Sequence record: SRR22947727_1199
DNA length: 40,449 nucleotides
Direction: 5' to 3' (one strand)
Positions within the stretch are counted from its first letter, which is position 1, and each line of letters starts with the position of its first letter. Positions 1 through 9,140 of this stretch are shown here, piece after piece. Position numbers and translations under genes: made by a program. Under the pieces are notes generated by a model. That model was not told the DNA's origin. It saw only the letters and a list, made by a program, of their open reading frames with translations, and searched no databases.

Positions 1-79
1 TAAACCGGATAAAGCGGCTTGCCTTTTACGCAGCGTGGGCTTCGCCTAAGCGGCGTTTTAATATGCAAACAGCATGATC

Positions 80-110
80 ATAAAGATGCGTTATGATAAA
101 GATGCGTTAT
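80..110. repeat. Tandem duplication of ATAAAGATGCGTTAT (2 copies, 16-bp period)
   Basis: Identical 15-mers at 80-94 and 96-110, separated by one G. Confidence 0.85.
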
Positions 111-625
111 AATCCGGGTCAGGTGGCTTGCTGTTTACACAAGATCCATGTCGCGATGAACCAGCCAGATACGTCGCTACTTTTATTCAAACAAAATTTA
201 AATTTTAAATTAGATCGGTTCGCCAAATTAGAGGGCTTGGTTGTGGGTTTTTGATGTTTGAGTGATTCTGCGCGTAGGCGCCATTCCTACAGTCAAGAAA
301 GCAAAATTTTAAATAAGCGGGAACTTTGCATGCTCTAAGATAAGTCTAGATCTCTTTAAGATTTGTGAAAACAAACAATTTTTAGGGCTCTATTCTGGAA
401 AATTGAGTGAGAAACAGAGATTTTAAAAAAATGGATTACGATAATTTTAACTTAATCCTCAAAAAGAAGATTTTTGGTCTTCACCATCAAAATAACCGTT
501 GATTGGAAACTGGTAATCTGTTCGATTGCGATTTAAGCTTGCGCAACGCTCGCGGGCACAATCATTCTGTTCTTTTGACAGAAGGATGAAGCTTCAATTT
601 TGAGGCAAAAAATGGGAGAAAATAA

Positions 626-1633
626 ATGTCGAATAAATCAAAACTGATCGGTGCGGTTGCCGGTGCGACTCTCGCGCTCGGTGCGCAGACAGTCTTGGCC
701 GGTGGGCATCAGGAAATGACGGTAGCATATTTTCTAGAGTGGCCAATGCCATTTGAGTATGCAAAACAAATGGGAACTTATGACGAAGAGTTAGGTGTAA
801 AGGTCAACTGGGTGAGCTTTGATTCTGGTGTGAAAATGTCCGCAGCTATGGCCTCGGGTGATGTTCACTTATCAGTAAGCCAGGGTGTTCCGCCTTTTGT
901 AGTTGCAACCTCGGCTGGCCAAGATCTTCAAATCTTAGATGTAGCTGTTAGCTACGCTGACAACGATAACTGCGTCGTCAGAAGCGATCTTGAAATTGAC
1001 AAAAGCAGCACTGAAGAGTTGGCCGGTAAAAAAGTGGCGGTGCCTTTGGGTACAGCAGCGCATTATGGTTTCTTGAAGCAAATGGACCATTTTGGTGTTG
1101 ACGTTGGCAGCATGGAAATAGTGGACATGGATCCACCAGATGGCGCTGCTGCAATCGCGCAAGGCGCTGTGGATATGTTCTGCGGTTGGGGTGGTTCGTT
1201 ACGCCGCGCGAAAGAGCACGGAAACATTCTGCTTACGGGTGCTGAAAAAACTGAACTAGGTATTTTGGTTTTTGACGTCACTTCTGGTCCAGCAGGCTGG
1301 GTAGCGGAAAACAGCGATCTAGTTGCCAAATTTCTCAAGGTGACCGCCGATGCAAACGCGATGTGGGCGGATTCTTCCAACCATGCCATGATGCTTCCCG
1401 CCATTGCGAAAGACGCTGGTATGGATGAGGCGGCAACAGCAGATACAATGGCAACATTTGTATTCCCAACTGTCGACAGCCAATTGTCTTCAACATGGCT
1501 CGGTGGTGGCGCACAGGAATTTATGAAGGGTGTTGCAGACGTCTTTGTGACAGCTGGAAGTATCGATTCAGCATTGGGTAGCTATGCTGACAACGTGAAT
1601 GTTGGTCCGTTGGAAACAGCAAACGGAATGTAA
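626..1633 (+). CDS. tauA: Taurine ABC transporter substrate-binding protein
   Basis: Signal peptide, GGGAGA RBS, TauA/SsuA-type motifs (VNWVSFDSG, LAGKKVAVPLGTAAHY, WGG). First gene of an SBP-ATPase-permease operon. Confidence 0.85.
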   Translation: MSNKSKLIGAVAGATLALGAQTVLAGGHQEMTVAYFLEWPMPFEYAKQMGTYDEELGVKVNWVSFDSGVKMSAAMASGDVHLSVSQGVPPFVVATSAGQDLQILDVAVSYADNDNCVVRSDLEIDKSSTEELAGKKVAVPLGTAAHYGFLKQMDHFGVDVGSMEIVDMDPPDGAAAIAQGAVDMFCGWGGSLRRAKEHGNILLTGAEKTELGILVFDVTSGPAGWVAENSDLVAKFLKVTADANAMWADSSNHAMMLPAIAKDAGMDEAATADTMATFVFPTVDSQLSSTWLGGGAQEFMKGVADVFVTAGSIDSALGSYADNVNVGPLETANGM

Positions 1634-1641
1634 TTAAACAG

Positions 1642-1667
1642 CTGCGGGCCGGTGCGCCGGCCCGCAG
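1642..1667 (+). other. Perfect 11-bp GC-rich hairpin after tauA (probable mRNA-stabilising or processing element)
   Basis: CTGCGGGCCGG-TGCG-CCGGCCCGCAG with no U-tract after it. Confidence 0.7.
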
Positions 1668-1726
1668 AATGCAACTGATGTTGTGGTTTATTTGCAATCG
1701 TCTCCATCAAAAGTAGGAAGAGAAAA

Positions 1727-2539
1727 GTGGCCATGTCTGGACTGTCCATCCAAAATATTTCAATGCGCTTTGATTTGCCAAACGGTGAGTGCGTGCAAGC
1801 TTTGAAGGATGTCACCCTCGACTTGAAAGCAGGCGAATTGATGTCTGTTTTGGGTCCCTCTGGATGTGGTAAAACTACATTATTAAACATTGTTGCCGGA
1901 TTTCTCGCGCCAACGCAGGGTGAAATTCTATTAAATGGCGAAAAGGTAACTGGCCCCAATGCCGAACGTGGCATGGTGTTTCAACAGGGTGCTTTGTTTG
2001 AGTGGATGAACGTAAGAGAAAACGTGGGCTTTGGGCCACGGATGAAAGGAATAAGCACCGCACAATCGCGCGAAAAAGTGGATCATTTGCTTGATGTGGT
2101 TGGGCTGCGGGATTTTAAAGATAAAGCAGTATATGAGCTTTCTGGGGGCATGCAGCAGCGTGTTGCATTAGCCCGATGCCTCGCCAATGATCCAGATGTA
2201 ATTTTAATGGACGAGCCATTAGGCGCACTTGATGCGCTTACTCGCGAAAAGATGCAGTCGTTGGTTTTGAAGCTATGGAAGGAAACCGGCAAAACAATCA
2301 TTTTGATTACGCATTCTGTAGAGGAAGCTTTGCTGCTGGGCGAGCGCCTTTTGGTGATGGCTCCGCGCCCGGGCCGTATTCATCGTGAATATCGTCTTCC
2401 TTTTGCTGATCTAGGCGTTGATGCCGACCTTCGTGATATTAAAAAACACGTCGAATATGCCAATCGGCGCGAAGAGATTTTGGAAATGATCTGGAATATG
2501 GAAGAAGAAATTATGGGACGTTCGGAGGCTACGGTTTGA
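1727..2539 (+). CDS. tauB: Taurine ABC transporter ATP-binding protein (start may be ATG 1733)
   Basis: Walker A GPSGCGKT, GPNAERGMVFQ, LSGGMQQR, MDEPLGALDALTRE, ITHSVEEA; TauB/SsuB subfamily. Confidence 0.9.
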   Translation: MAMSGLSIQNISMRFDLPNGECVQALKDVTLDLKAGELMSVLGPSGCGKTTLLNIVAGFLAPTQGEILLNGEKVTGPNAERGMVFQQGALFEWMNVRENVGFGPRMKGISTAQSREKVDHLLDVVGLRDFKDKAVYELSGGMQQRVALARCLANDPDVILMDEPLGALDALTREKMQSLVLKLWKETGKTIILITHSVEEALLLGERLLVMAPRPGRIHREYRLPFADLGVDADLRDIKKHVEYANRREEILEMIWNMEEEIMGRSEATV

Positions 2540-3873
2540 TGGAGTTATTGGTCAAGCTTTCCGAAGAATTACTTTCGATCCTGGTCATTCTAGCGGCGGC
2601 TATGCCCTATATCGCCGGTTATATTGGCTTAATCCTGTTAACCCTTTTTGTGTCGCGGCTGGTAAAGAAACTTCTTACACCCAAGCAAGATTTTGGTTCA
2701 TTGAAAACCGTGACCTTTGGAGATGAAAGTGCGGTAAATTCAAATTTTGCAGCTTCTGTTGTTTCTGTTCTGTTGGTTTTGATTTTATGGGGGGCCTTCA
2801 CCGGATCAAAAATTTTACCGTCGTTTCTGCATGCACCCGGCCCTTTTCGGGGAAATGCTGAATTCACTTACACGGCTGAAACCGGTGATGGTCTGCGCGA
2901 TGAAGCGAGAGTGAAACTTATTGTCCATGGCATCGGTGAAGATATAATCCTCCCAAACCTAGAATTGGGTGATGGTTTCGCCAAAAATGATGTCATGGCC
3001 GTCAAAGCTTATCGCACGAAATTACTGAAATGGGATAAAAATGACGAAGAAAACCGCAAAATGGGAGCTAAGATTGTTGCCATTAATGGTAAGCCGATTG
3101 AGCAGGGCGTCGCGGTTTATTTAGAGAATCTTCGTATTGCTTTAACGCCAAAAGGCACTTTGAATGTTGAGCCTCGAAAAGGTTGGCAGATGGAGCCTAT
3201 ATGGTTGCCGGCGCCCGAAGCCGTCTGGGGGCGGCTGATAGAAATATCGACCCAAGGCTTCAAGAACTTTCCTTTGCTTGAACATTTGGGTTTTTCGCTA
3301 TTTCGAGTTGTGGTCGGGTTTTTTATTGGCGCGATGGTGGGTATACCTTTGGGCTACGCCATGGGCTTGTCCGATTGGTTTCGTGGCTGGTTTGATCCGA
3401 TTGTTGAATTTATGAGGCCGGTTCCGCCGCTTGCTCTGATCCCGTTGGTGATTATTTGGGCGGGTATTGGGGAAGTTGGCAAAGTGATTTTGTTATTCCT
3501 CGCTGCACTTTGGATTATGGCCATCGCCGCGCGTGCAGGCGTGTCTGGAGTTAAAATTTCAAAAGTGCACGCTGCTTATTCATTGGGCGCAAGTAGATGG
3601 CAGATAATGCGCTTTGTCGTATTCCCCAATAGCTTGCCAGAAATTTTTACCGGGGCGCGAGTAGCCATGGGCGTGTGTTGGGGCACGGTGGTTGCCGCTG
3701 AACTTGTGGCAGCGGAAAAAGGCGCAGGCATGATGATTATGGTTGCGTCAAAATTCCAGCAGACGGATATTGTTATCCTGGGCATTATCCTGATTGGGAT
3801 CATTGGCTTTGGCATAGACATGCTAATGCGCTGGGTCGAACGGGTTATGGTGCCCTGGAAAGGGCGGGGCTAA
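2539..3873 (+). CDS. tauC: Taurine ABC transporter permease with long N-terminal extension
   Basis: C-terminal half is a typical TauC/SsuC permease (WLPAP, RPVPPLALIPL, AAYSLGAS, VAAELVAA). ATG 2539 overlaps the tauB stop (TGATG); the ORF track starts it at TTG 2536. Confidence 0.85.
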   Translation: MELLVKLSEELLSILVILAAAMPYIAGYIGLILLTLFVSRLVKKLLTPKQDFGSLKTVTFGDESAVNSNFAASVVSVLLVLILWGAFTGSKILPSFLHAPGPFRGNAEFTYTAETGDGLRDEARVKLIVHGIGEDIILPNLELGDGFAKNDVMAVKAYRTKLLKWDKNDEENRKMGAKIVAINGKPIEQGVAVYLENLRIALTPKGTLNVEPRKGWQMEPIWLPAPEAVWGRLIEISTQGFKNFPLLEHLGFSLFRVVVGFFIGAMVGIPLGYAMGLSDWFRGWFDPIVEFMRPVPPLALIPLVIIWAGIGEVGKVILLFLAALWIMAIAARAGVSGVKISKVHAAYSLGASRWQIMRFVVFPNSLPEIFTGARVAMGVCWGTVVAAELVAAEKGAGMMIMVASKFQQTDIVILGIILIGIIGFGIDMLMRWVERVMVPWKGRG

Positions 3874-4049
3874 AGTCGCAAAATAAAAAAGCTTTGTTTC
3901 TTAACGGCACGTCCCAGAGTCAGGGATAATATTCTTGTTTTTGCCTTATTGTATCTAGCAGCGTGAATGGCCTTAGTTTTTCGTGCATGCGCCGCCAGTT
4001 TCTTTGAAGGTCAGTTTTTGGGGCGTGGATTAGCTTATCGGATCAAGTG

Positions 4050-4088
4050 CGCTACCCAGTATGAGGATGAGACTGAGTAGCGGTTTTT
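4050..4088 (+). terminator. Possible intrinsic terminator downstream of tauABC
   Basis: CGCTACCCAGT-N11-ACTGAGTAGCG (one mismatch) followed by GTTTTT. Confidence 0.45.
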
Positions 4089-4216
4089 GTGAATTTATAT
4101 GTTTTGCAACGATTTTACCCTCGCAGAAATGTTCTAGATCCGTAGGCAGAGGGCTCAGGTGTATGATCGTCCTAAAAATCTTATTTTTAACAAAATACGC
4201 TATATTTCAGCTCCGC

Positions 4217-4259
4217 TTTTGGCGATTTTGTGGATGTTTCCAACCAGCGCAGAGGTTGG
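4217..4259 (+). repeat. Copy 1 of a ~44-bp degenerate direct repeat (copy 2 at 9633-9676)
   Basis: TTTTGGCGATTTTGTGGATGTTTCCAACCAGCGCAGAGGTTGG; 35 of 44 aligned columns identical to copy 2 by hand alignment. Confidence 0.65.
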
Positions 4260-5166
4260 CCTGTCGCTGAGGTGTATTCAGTCTTTCACTTTGCGGCTTT
4301 TGCGGTGAGCAGAGCGGGCGAGCTGCATTGCATAAGCTTCGTGTTTTGTCGCGGGGTTGGATAAAAACCCGCAAAAAGTTTTTATGGCTCGCATAATTTA
4401 GGGAACTTGTGGAAGGTCGTATGATGGAAACACTTTCAAAGTGTCGGGTGGGGAAATCCTGATTTACGTATTCATTTTTCTACGATCTATCATTTTGACT
4501 TATCAAAGAGTTGAAACCAATTTTCTATTTTGCTGTTTTGAGAGGTGAATGTGTGTCCCATACTTGGTGGGCATTCTAACCGTTTAATCCATGACTGATC
4601 TCACAATGCCATTATCAATGCGGGGTGATCGACTTTGTTTTTCTAGGGGCTCATACTTGGGGCAAGGTGGTGCGCTGTTGGTTTCGGAATTTAACGCCTT
4701 TCAATGCTGTTTGAGGGGCTTTTTAACGCCTTAAATTCAAATTATTTGCACTTAATTAGCAAAATATTTCATTTTTAAGAATTTAAACTTTGTGTCATGA
4801 TCGCCTGTGACACTTCTTAGATTTCAGTAAGGATAGCGATTATGCGGCGTTTAGGGGCTTGGATGCAGTTTAATTTGAAACTGGGTTTGCACGTGCACTG
4901 CGGCCGGCCCGCCCCTCATATTTTGTCCGTTTCAGATATCTTTTGGGGTGCCCGCGGATGCTGCTGATCGGTGCGTTTGGCACGGTGCTTGAAGCCATCT
5001 ACCAGGTTTTTTTGGGCTTCTATCAGTTCGCGATATGGCGCAAAGAGCGTTATTTTGAAGATCTATGTTTAATTCAAACGGGAGTGGGCAATAAAGCAGG
5101 CCCCGGTGTTTACGGCGCCGCGCCCTATCAAGCCTACGGGTCCCTCGCGGTGCAAAGGAGAGCAGA

Positions 5167-6639
5167 ATGAAACCTTATAAGATGTTGATCGATGGCGCAT
5201 GGGTAGAGGCCCGCGATGGCGGAACATTCACCAGTATTAATCCTGCGACAGGTGAAGAATGGGCGGAAATTCCAGAGGCCACGGCCGAAGATGTGGATTG
5301 CGCTGTGCGCGCTGCAGATACGGCTTTTCGTGAAGGGCCGTGGGCTCAGATGAACGCAACCCAACGCGGCCATTGTTTGCGCCGCTTGGCAGATTTACTT
5401 GCCGCGCAGTCTGAGACGCTGGGAGAAATCGAAACGCGTGATACTGGGAAATTATTTGCAGAAACGCGATGGCAGGCAAAATATATCAGCGAATTTTATC
5501 ATTTTTTCGCTGGAGCGGCTGATAAAATTCATGGCGAAACGCTTCCGATTGATAAACCGGATATGTTTGTTTTTACCAATCGTGAGCCCTTGGGGGTGAT
5601 TGCCGCGGTTGTGCCGTGGAACAGCCAGTTATTTTTGGCAGCGGTGAAAATTGGACCAGCACTTGCGGCGGGAAACACCGTTGTTATGAAGGCCTCGGAA
5701 CATGCACCTGCGGCGCTGTTAGAGTTTGGAAATTTGATTGCGCAAGCAGGCATTCCCGATGGGGTGGTCAACATCGTGACGGGGCATGGTGATCCTTGTG
5801 GGAAGGTGCTTACCTCGCATCCGATGGTGGCGCGCGTTTCATTCACCGGAGGGCCAGGCTCGGCCCGTCACGTAATCCAAAATACAACAGAAAATTTCGC
5901 CGAACTCAGTTTGGAATTGGGGGGGAAATCTCCGTTTATCGTATTTGAAGATGCGGATATTGAAAGCGCTGTAAACGGATCAGTCGCGGGTATATTTGGG
6001 GCGTCTGGGCAAAGCTGCGTGGCGGGTTCGCGGTTGCTTGTGCATGAAGATATTGCGGATGAATTTTTAAAGCGGATGGTGAAGATTGCGCAGGCCGTCA
6101 CGATTGGCGATCCTATGGCTGGCGAAACCGAGATGGGGCCTTTATGTACCTATGGGCAACTCGAAAACATCGAACGCGAGGTCGCGCGCGCTGTCGAGGA
6201 AGGCGGCCAGATTCTAAGCGGTGGAAAACGGGTAAATGCCGGTTCGGATTTGTATTATGAGCCAACGATTATCGACTGCCCCGCCCCAAACCTTCACATA
6301 GTTGATACTGAATTATTTGGCCCGGTTTTAAGCGTGCTGCGGTTTAGAACAGAAAGCGAAGCCTTGGCTTTGGCCAATGATACGGTGCATGGCCTTGCAG
6401 CGGGGATTTTTACCAAAGACGGAGCGCGTGCGCTGCGGATGTCAAAATCAGTAAGAGCGGGCATCGTTTGGGTGAATACCTATCGGGCAGTCTCTCCCAT
6501 TGCTGAGTTTGGTGGAATGAAAAACTCTGGCTATGGCCGCGAAAGCGGCTTTCAAGCCGTTTATGATTACACGCGCCCTAAAACTGTGTGGATGAACATG
6601 TCTTCAGAGCCGTTGGGCAGCCAGTTCGTATCTCGTTAA
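5167..6639 (+). CDS. NAD(P)-dependent aldehyde dehydrogenase (TgnC-like)
   Basis: PWNSQ, FTGG, LELGGKSP, catalytic Cys in GQSCVAGSR, ELFGPV; AAGGAG RBS. Confidence 0.92.
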   Translation: MKPYKMLIDGAWVEARDGGTFTSINPATGEEWAEIPEATAEDVDCAVRAADTAFREGPWAQMNATQRGHCLRRLADLLAAQSETLGEIETRDTGKLFAETRWQAKYISEFYHFFAGAADKIHGETLPIDKPDMFVFTNREPLGVIAAVVPWNSQLFLAAVKIGPALAAGNTVVMKASEHAPAALLEFGNLIAQAGIPDGVVNIVTGHGDPCGKVLTSHPMVARVSFTGGPGSARHVIQNTTENFAELSLELGGKSPFIVFEDADIESAVNGSVAGIFGASGQSCVAGSRLLVHEDIADEFLKRMVKIAQAVTIGDPMAGETEMGPLCTYGQLENIEREVARAVEEGGQILSGGKRVNAGSDLYYEPTIIDCPAPNLHIVDTELFGPVLSVLRFRTESEALALANDTVHGLAAGIFTKDGARALRMSKSVRAGIVWVNTYRAVSPIAEFGGMKNSGYGRESGFQAVYDYTRPKTVWMNMSSEPLGSQFVSR

Positions 6640-6655
6640 TTTGAAAGGGACGAAA

Positions 6656-7717
6656 ATGAAATTTCATATTGCCATAAATTTAGAACGAAGCGAACCCTCT
6701 GTGGATATGAAAGAGGTGCGTGATCACACGCTTGAAATGGTGCAAATGGCAGATGAGGCCGGTTTTGAGATTGCTTGGGCTGCCGAACACCATGCGTTGG
6801 AAATGACGATTGCGCCAAACCCGTTTCATATGATGACCTGGTGGGCAGATCACACCAAAAATATCCGCCTTGGATGCGGTGTGGCCAATGCCTCTTATTG
6901 GCATCCGATCAAACTGGCAGGCGAAGCGGCTTTGGTGGATCTGTTGAGCGATGGGCGGATGGATCTGGGGCTGGGATCGGGGGCTTATCAACGCGAATTT
7001 GATAGGCTACGCCCTGGTTTAAGCCAAAAAGACGGGTGGAAATATCTGCAAGAAATGTTGCCTTTAATTCCGAAGCTTTGGGCCGGTGATGTGGAACATA
7101 ATGGAGAGTTTTGGCAATTTCCAACCGCCACATCTTGCCCGAAACCTGTACAAGACAGCGTGCCCATCTGGGTGGCTGCGCGCTCTCCAACAACCTTTGA
7201 TCATGCGGTAGACAACAATTGCAATATTATGAGTTGGCCTTTGACAATGCCGTTCTCCGAGGCGGAAAAATACCGCGACCTGCTTGAAGATAGTAAAGCC
7301 CGTTTGAACCCTGAATATTCAGGTAAATTTGCCATGATGCGCCACGCTGTTCTTTATGAAACGGAAAGTGATCGGCAAGCGGCGCTAGATGCTGTGCGGC
7401 AGGTTTTGGCCCGCTTTGGCAATTTAATGATGCAAGCAGGTGATGTTGTGAACGGATATCCCGATATGGTTCCGCTGGAAACATTAGAGGGCAATGCCCG
7501 CGTCGACCCCGCGATGCTGGAAGAAAACTTAATGTTCGGATCTCCAGAGATTGTTGTAGAAAAACTTAAGCAGTATCAATCTATTGGCGTTGATGCATTT
7601 ATTTATTACGCCTCTCTGGGGCTGGATATGGAGCGTCAGAAACGATCGCTGCGTTTGTTTATTGACCGGGTACTGCCCGCATTTGCTGAAGTAAAGGAAT
7701 TTGCCCATGCCGATTGA
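6656..7717 (+). CDS. LLM-class (luciferase-like) flavin-dependent monooxygenase, TgnB-related
   Basis: WAAEHH, TIAPNPF, RLG, WHPIKLAGEAA, GRMDLGLG, PKPVQ, PIWVAARS motifs. ATG 6656 with AAAGGGA RBS is preferred over TTG 6641. Confidence 0.9.
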   Translation: MKFHIAINLERSEPSVDMKEVRDHTLEMVQMADEAGFEIAWAAEHHALEMTIAPNPFHMMTWWADHTKNIRLGCGVANASYWHPIKLAGEAALVDLLSDGRMDLGLGSGAYQREFDRLRPGLSQKDGWKYLQEMLPLIPKLWAGDVEHNGEFWQFPTATSCPKPVQDSVPIWVAARSPTTFDHAVDNNCNIMSWPLTMPFSEAEKYRDLLEDSKARLNPEYSGKFAMMRHAVLYETESDRQAALDAVRQVLARFGNLMMQAGDVVNGYPDMVPLETLEGNARVDPAMLEENLMFGSPEIVVEKLKQYQSIGVDAFIYYASLGLDMERQKRSLRLFIDRVLPAFAEVKEFAHAD

Positions 7718-8303
7718 AATCCGCCGAACGCTGCTTTGGAAACAAAAAACCTTTATCGAGGGGTGGAAAAGCGTGGACACCCCCACCCAATTGATGGCGT
7801 CTATGGCCATTATAAAAAACCCTTGGTTTGGCCGTGGGCATGTTGAAAATATGCGCCCTGAAATCCAAGCGCATGGGCCGGTTATTGGCAAATTATTGAC
7901 AGAAATGCTGCTCGATGAAACGGGCGATTTGCTTGAGGGCTGCGGCAAGGCAAGCGTGGTTGGCATGGGCGGAGAAATTGAACATGCCCAAGCGATGACG
8001 CATACGCTCCATTTTGGAAATCAGTTTCGCGAAGCGATTGGTGCCAAAAGCTATCTGGCCTTTTCAAATACGCGCGGCGCGGCGAATTGCGCAATAACAA
8101 TTCCTTTGATGGATAAGCATGATGCAGGCCGTAGATCGCATTATCAAACGATCCAAACCAGCGTGGTTGACGCACCGGCTGATGATGAGATTCTTATTGC
8201 CTTGGGGGCCTCGATCGGCGGGCATCCCAACCACCGCATTGGCGATAGATATCAAGATTTAAAGGATCTGGGCCGCGATTTAGATAATCCGGCAGGCGTT
8301 TAA
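7707..8303 (+). CDS. Amino acid synthesis family protein (AA_synth, PF06684-like)
   Basis: NPWFGRG, GKASVVGMGGEIEH, HFGNQFREA, IPLMDK, RSHY, DAPADDEI, GGHPNHRIGDR. Overlaps the upstream LLM stop. Confidence 0.85.
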   Translation: MPIEIRRTLLWKQKTFIEGWKSVDTPTQLMASMAIIKNPWFGRGHVENMRPEIQAHGPVIGKLLTEMLLDETGDLLEGCGKASVVGMGGEIEHAQAMTHTLHFGNQFREAIGAKSYLAFSNTRGAANCAITIPLMDKHDAGRRSHYQTIQTSVVDAPADDEILIALGASIGGHPNHRIGDRYQDLKDLGRDLDNPAGV

Positions 8304-9107
8304 ATGGCAAGAACCAAAGATGGCACCGCCTATGAGATAACAGGTCCTCAGGGCGCAGCTTGGGTTGTGCTCATCCATGGGCTGGGTTTAACGCATGCCA
8401 GCACGTGGGGTGGCATTGCGCCAACCTTGGCGCAGGAGTTTCAAATTCTGAGCTATGATCTTTTAGGCCATGGTGAAACGGATCTGCCCTCAGGGCGCGT
8501 TGACCTAAAACGTTTGGGGCAACAAGTGGTCGATTTGATGGATGAGCTGTCTATTGATCGCGCCGCGTTGGTTGGGTTTTCACTTGGTGGGATGATCAAT
8601 CGGCGCGTGGCGATTGATCATCCAAGCCGCGTCTCTGCGCTGGGAATATTAAACGCACCACATGAGCGGGGGGAAAAGCAGCAGCGTTTGGTGGAAGAGC
8701 GGGCCCGCGCCAGTTCAGCAGAGGGACCATCTGCCAATATCGATACAACGCTTGCCCGATGGTTCACGCCGGATTTTCGCGTCCATTCTTCACAGCAGGT
8801 GGCAGCTCTACGCGATATTGTGGTGGCGAATGATCCAAAAAATTATGCCATCCATCGCCAGATTTTAGCCGAGGGTGTAACCGAACTGATCCGCCCAACG
8901 CCTGCCTTAAAGCAGCCCAGTCTTATCATGACCTGCCAGAATGACAGCGGCTCAACGCCTGCAATGAGCCAGGCGATTGCGCAGGAAATCATGGACTCTG
9001 AGCTGAGTATTCTGCCCAAATTGCAGCATTTGGGCTTGCTAGAAGATCCAAACGCTTTTGCAGGTCCGCTTCTGGCCTTTTTGCGAAGCAAACTGCCCGA
9101 GGGCTAG
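8304..9107 (+). CDS. Alpha/beta fold hydrolase (PcaD/TgnD-like)
   Basis: LIHGLG oxyanion motif, YDLLGHG, GFSLGG nucleophile elbow, C-terminal His in QHLGLLE. Start abuts the upstream stop. Confidence 0.9.
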   Translation: MARTKDGTAYEITGPQGAAWVVLIHGLGLTHASTWGGIAPTLAQEFQILSYDLLGHGETDLPSGRVDLKRLGQQVVDLMDELSIDRAALVGFSLGGMINRRVAIDHPSRVSALGILNAPHERGEKQQRLVEERARASSAEGPSANIDTTLARWFTPDFRVHSSQQVAALRDIVVANDPKNYAIHRQILAEGVTELIRPTPALKQPSLIMTCQNDSGSTPAMSQAIAQEIMDSELSILPKLQHLGLLEDPNAFAGPLLAFLRSKLPEG

Positions 9108-9140
9108 AAAGGAATTGTCTTGGTGCTTTTTATTTTCCAG

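Noticed and set aside
4061-4270. 69-aa ORF
   Set aside because: No RBS or motif, and it overlaps a terminator-like hairpin and the repeat copy.
4943-5170. 75-aa ORF as a functional gene or flavin reductase remnant
   Set aside because: TTG start, no clear RBS and no recognisable motif; the ATGA overlap alone is insufficient.
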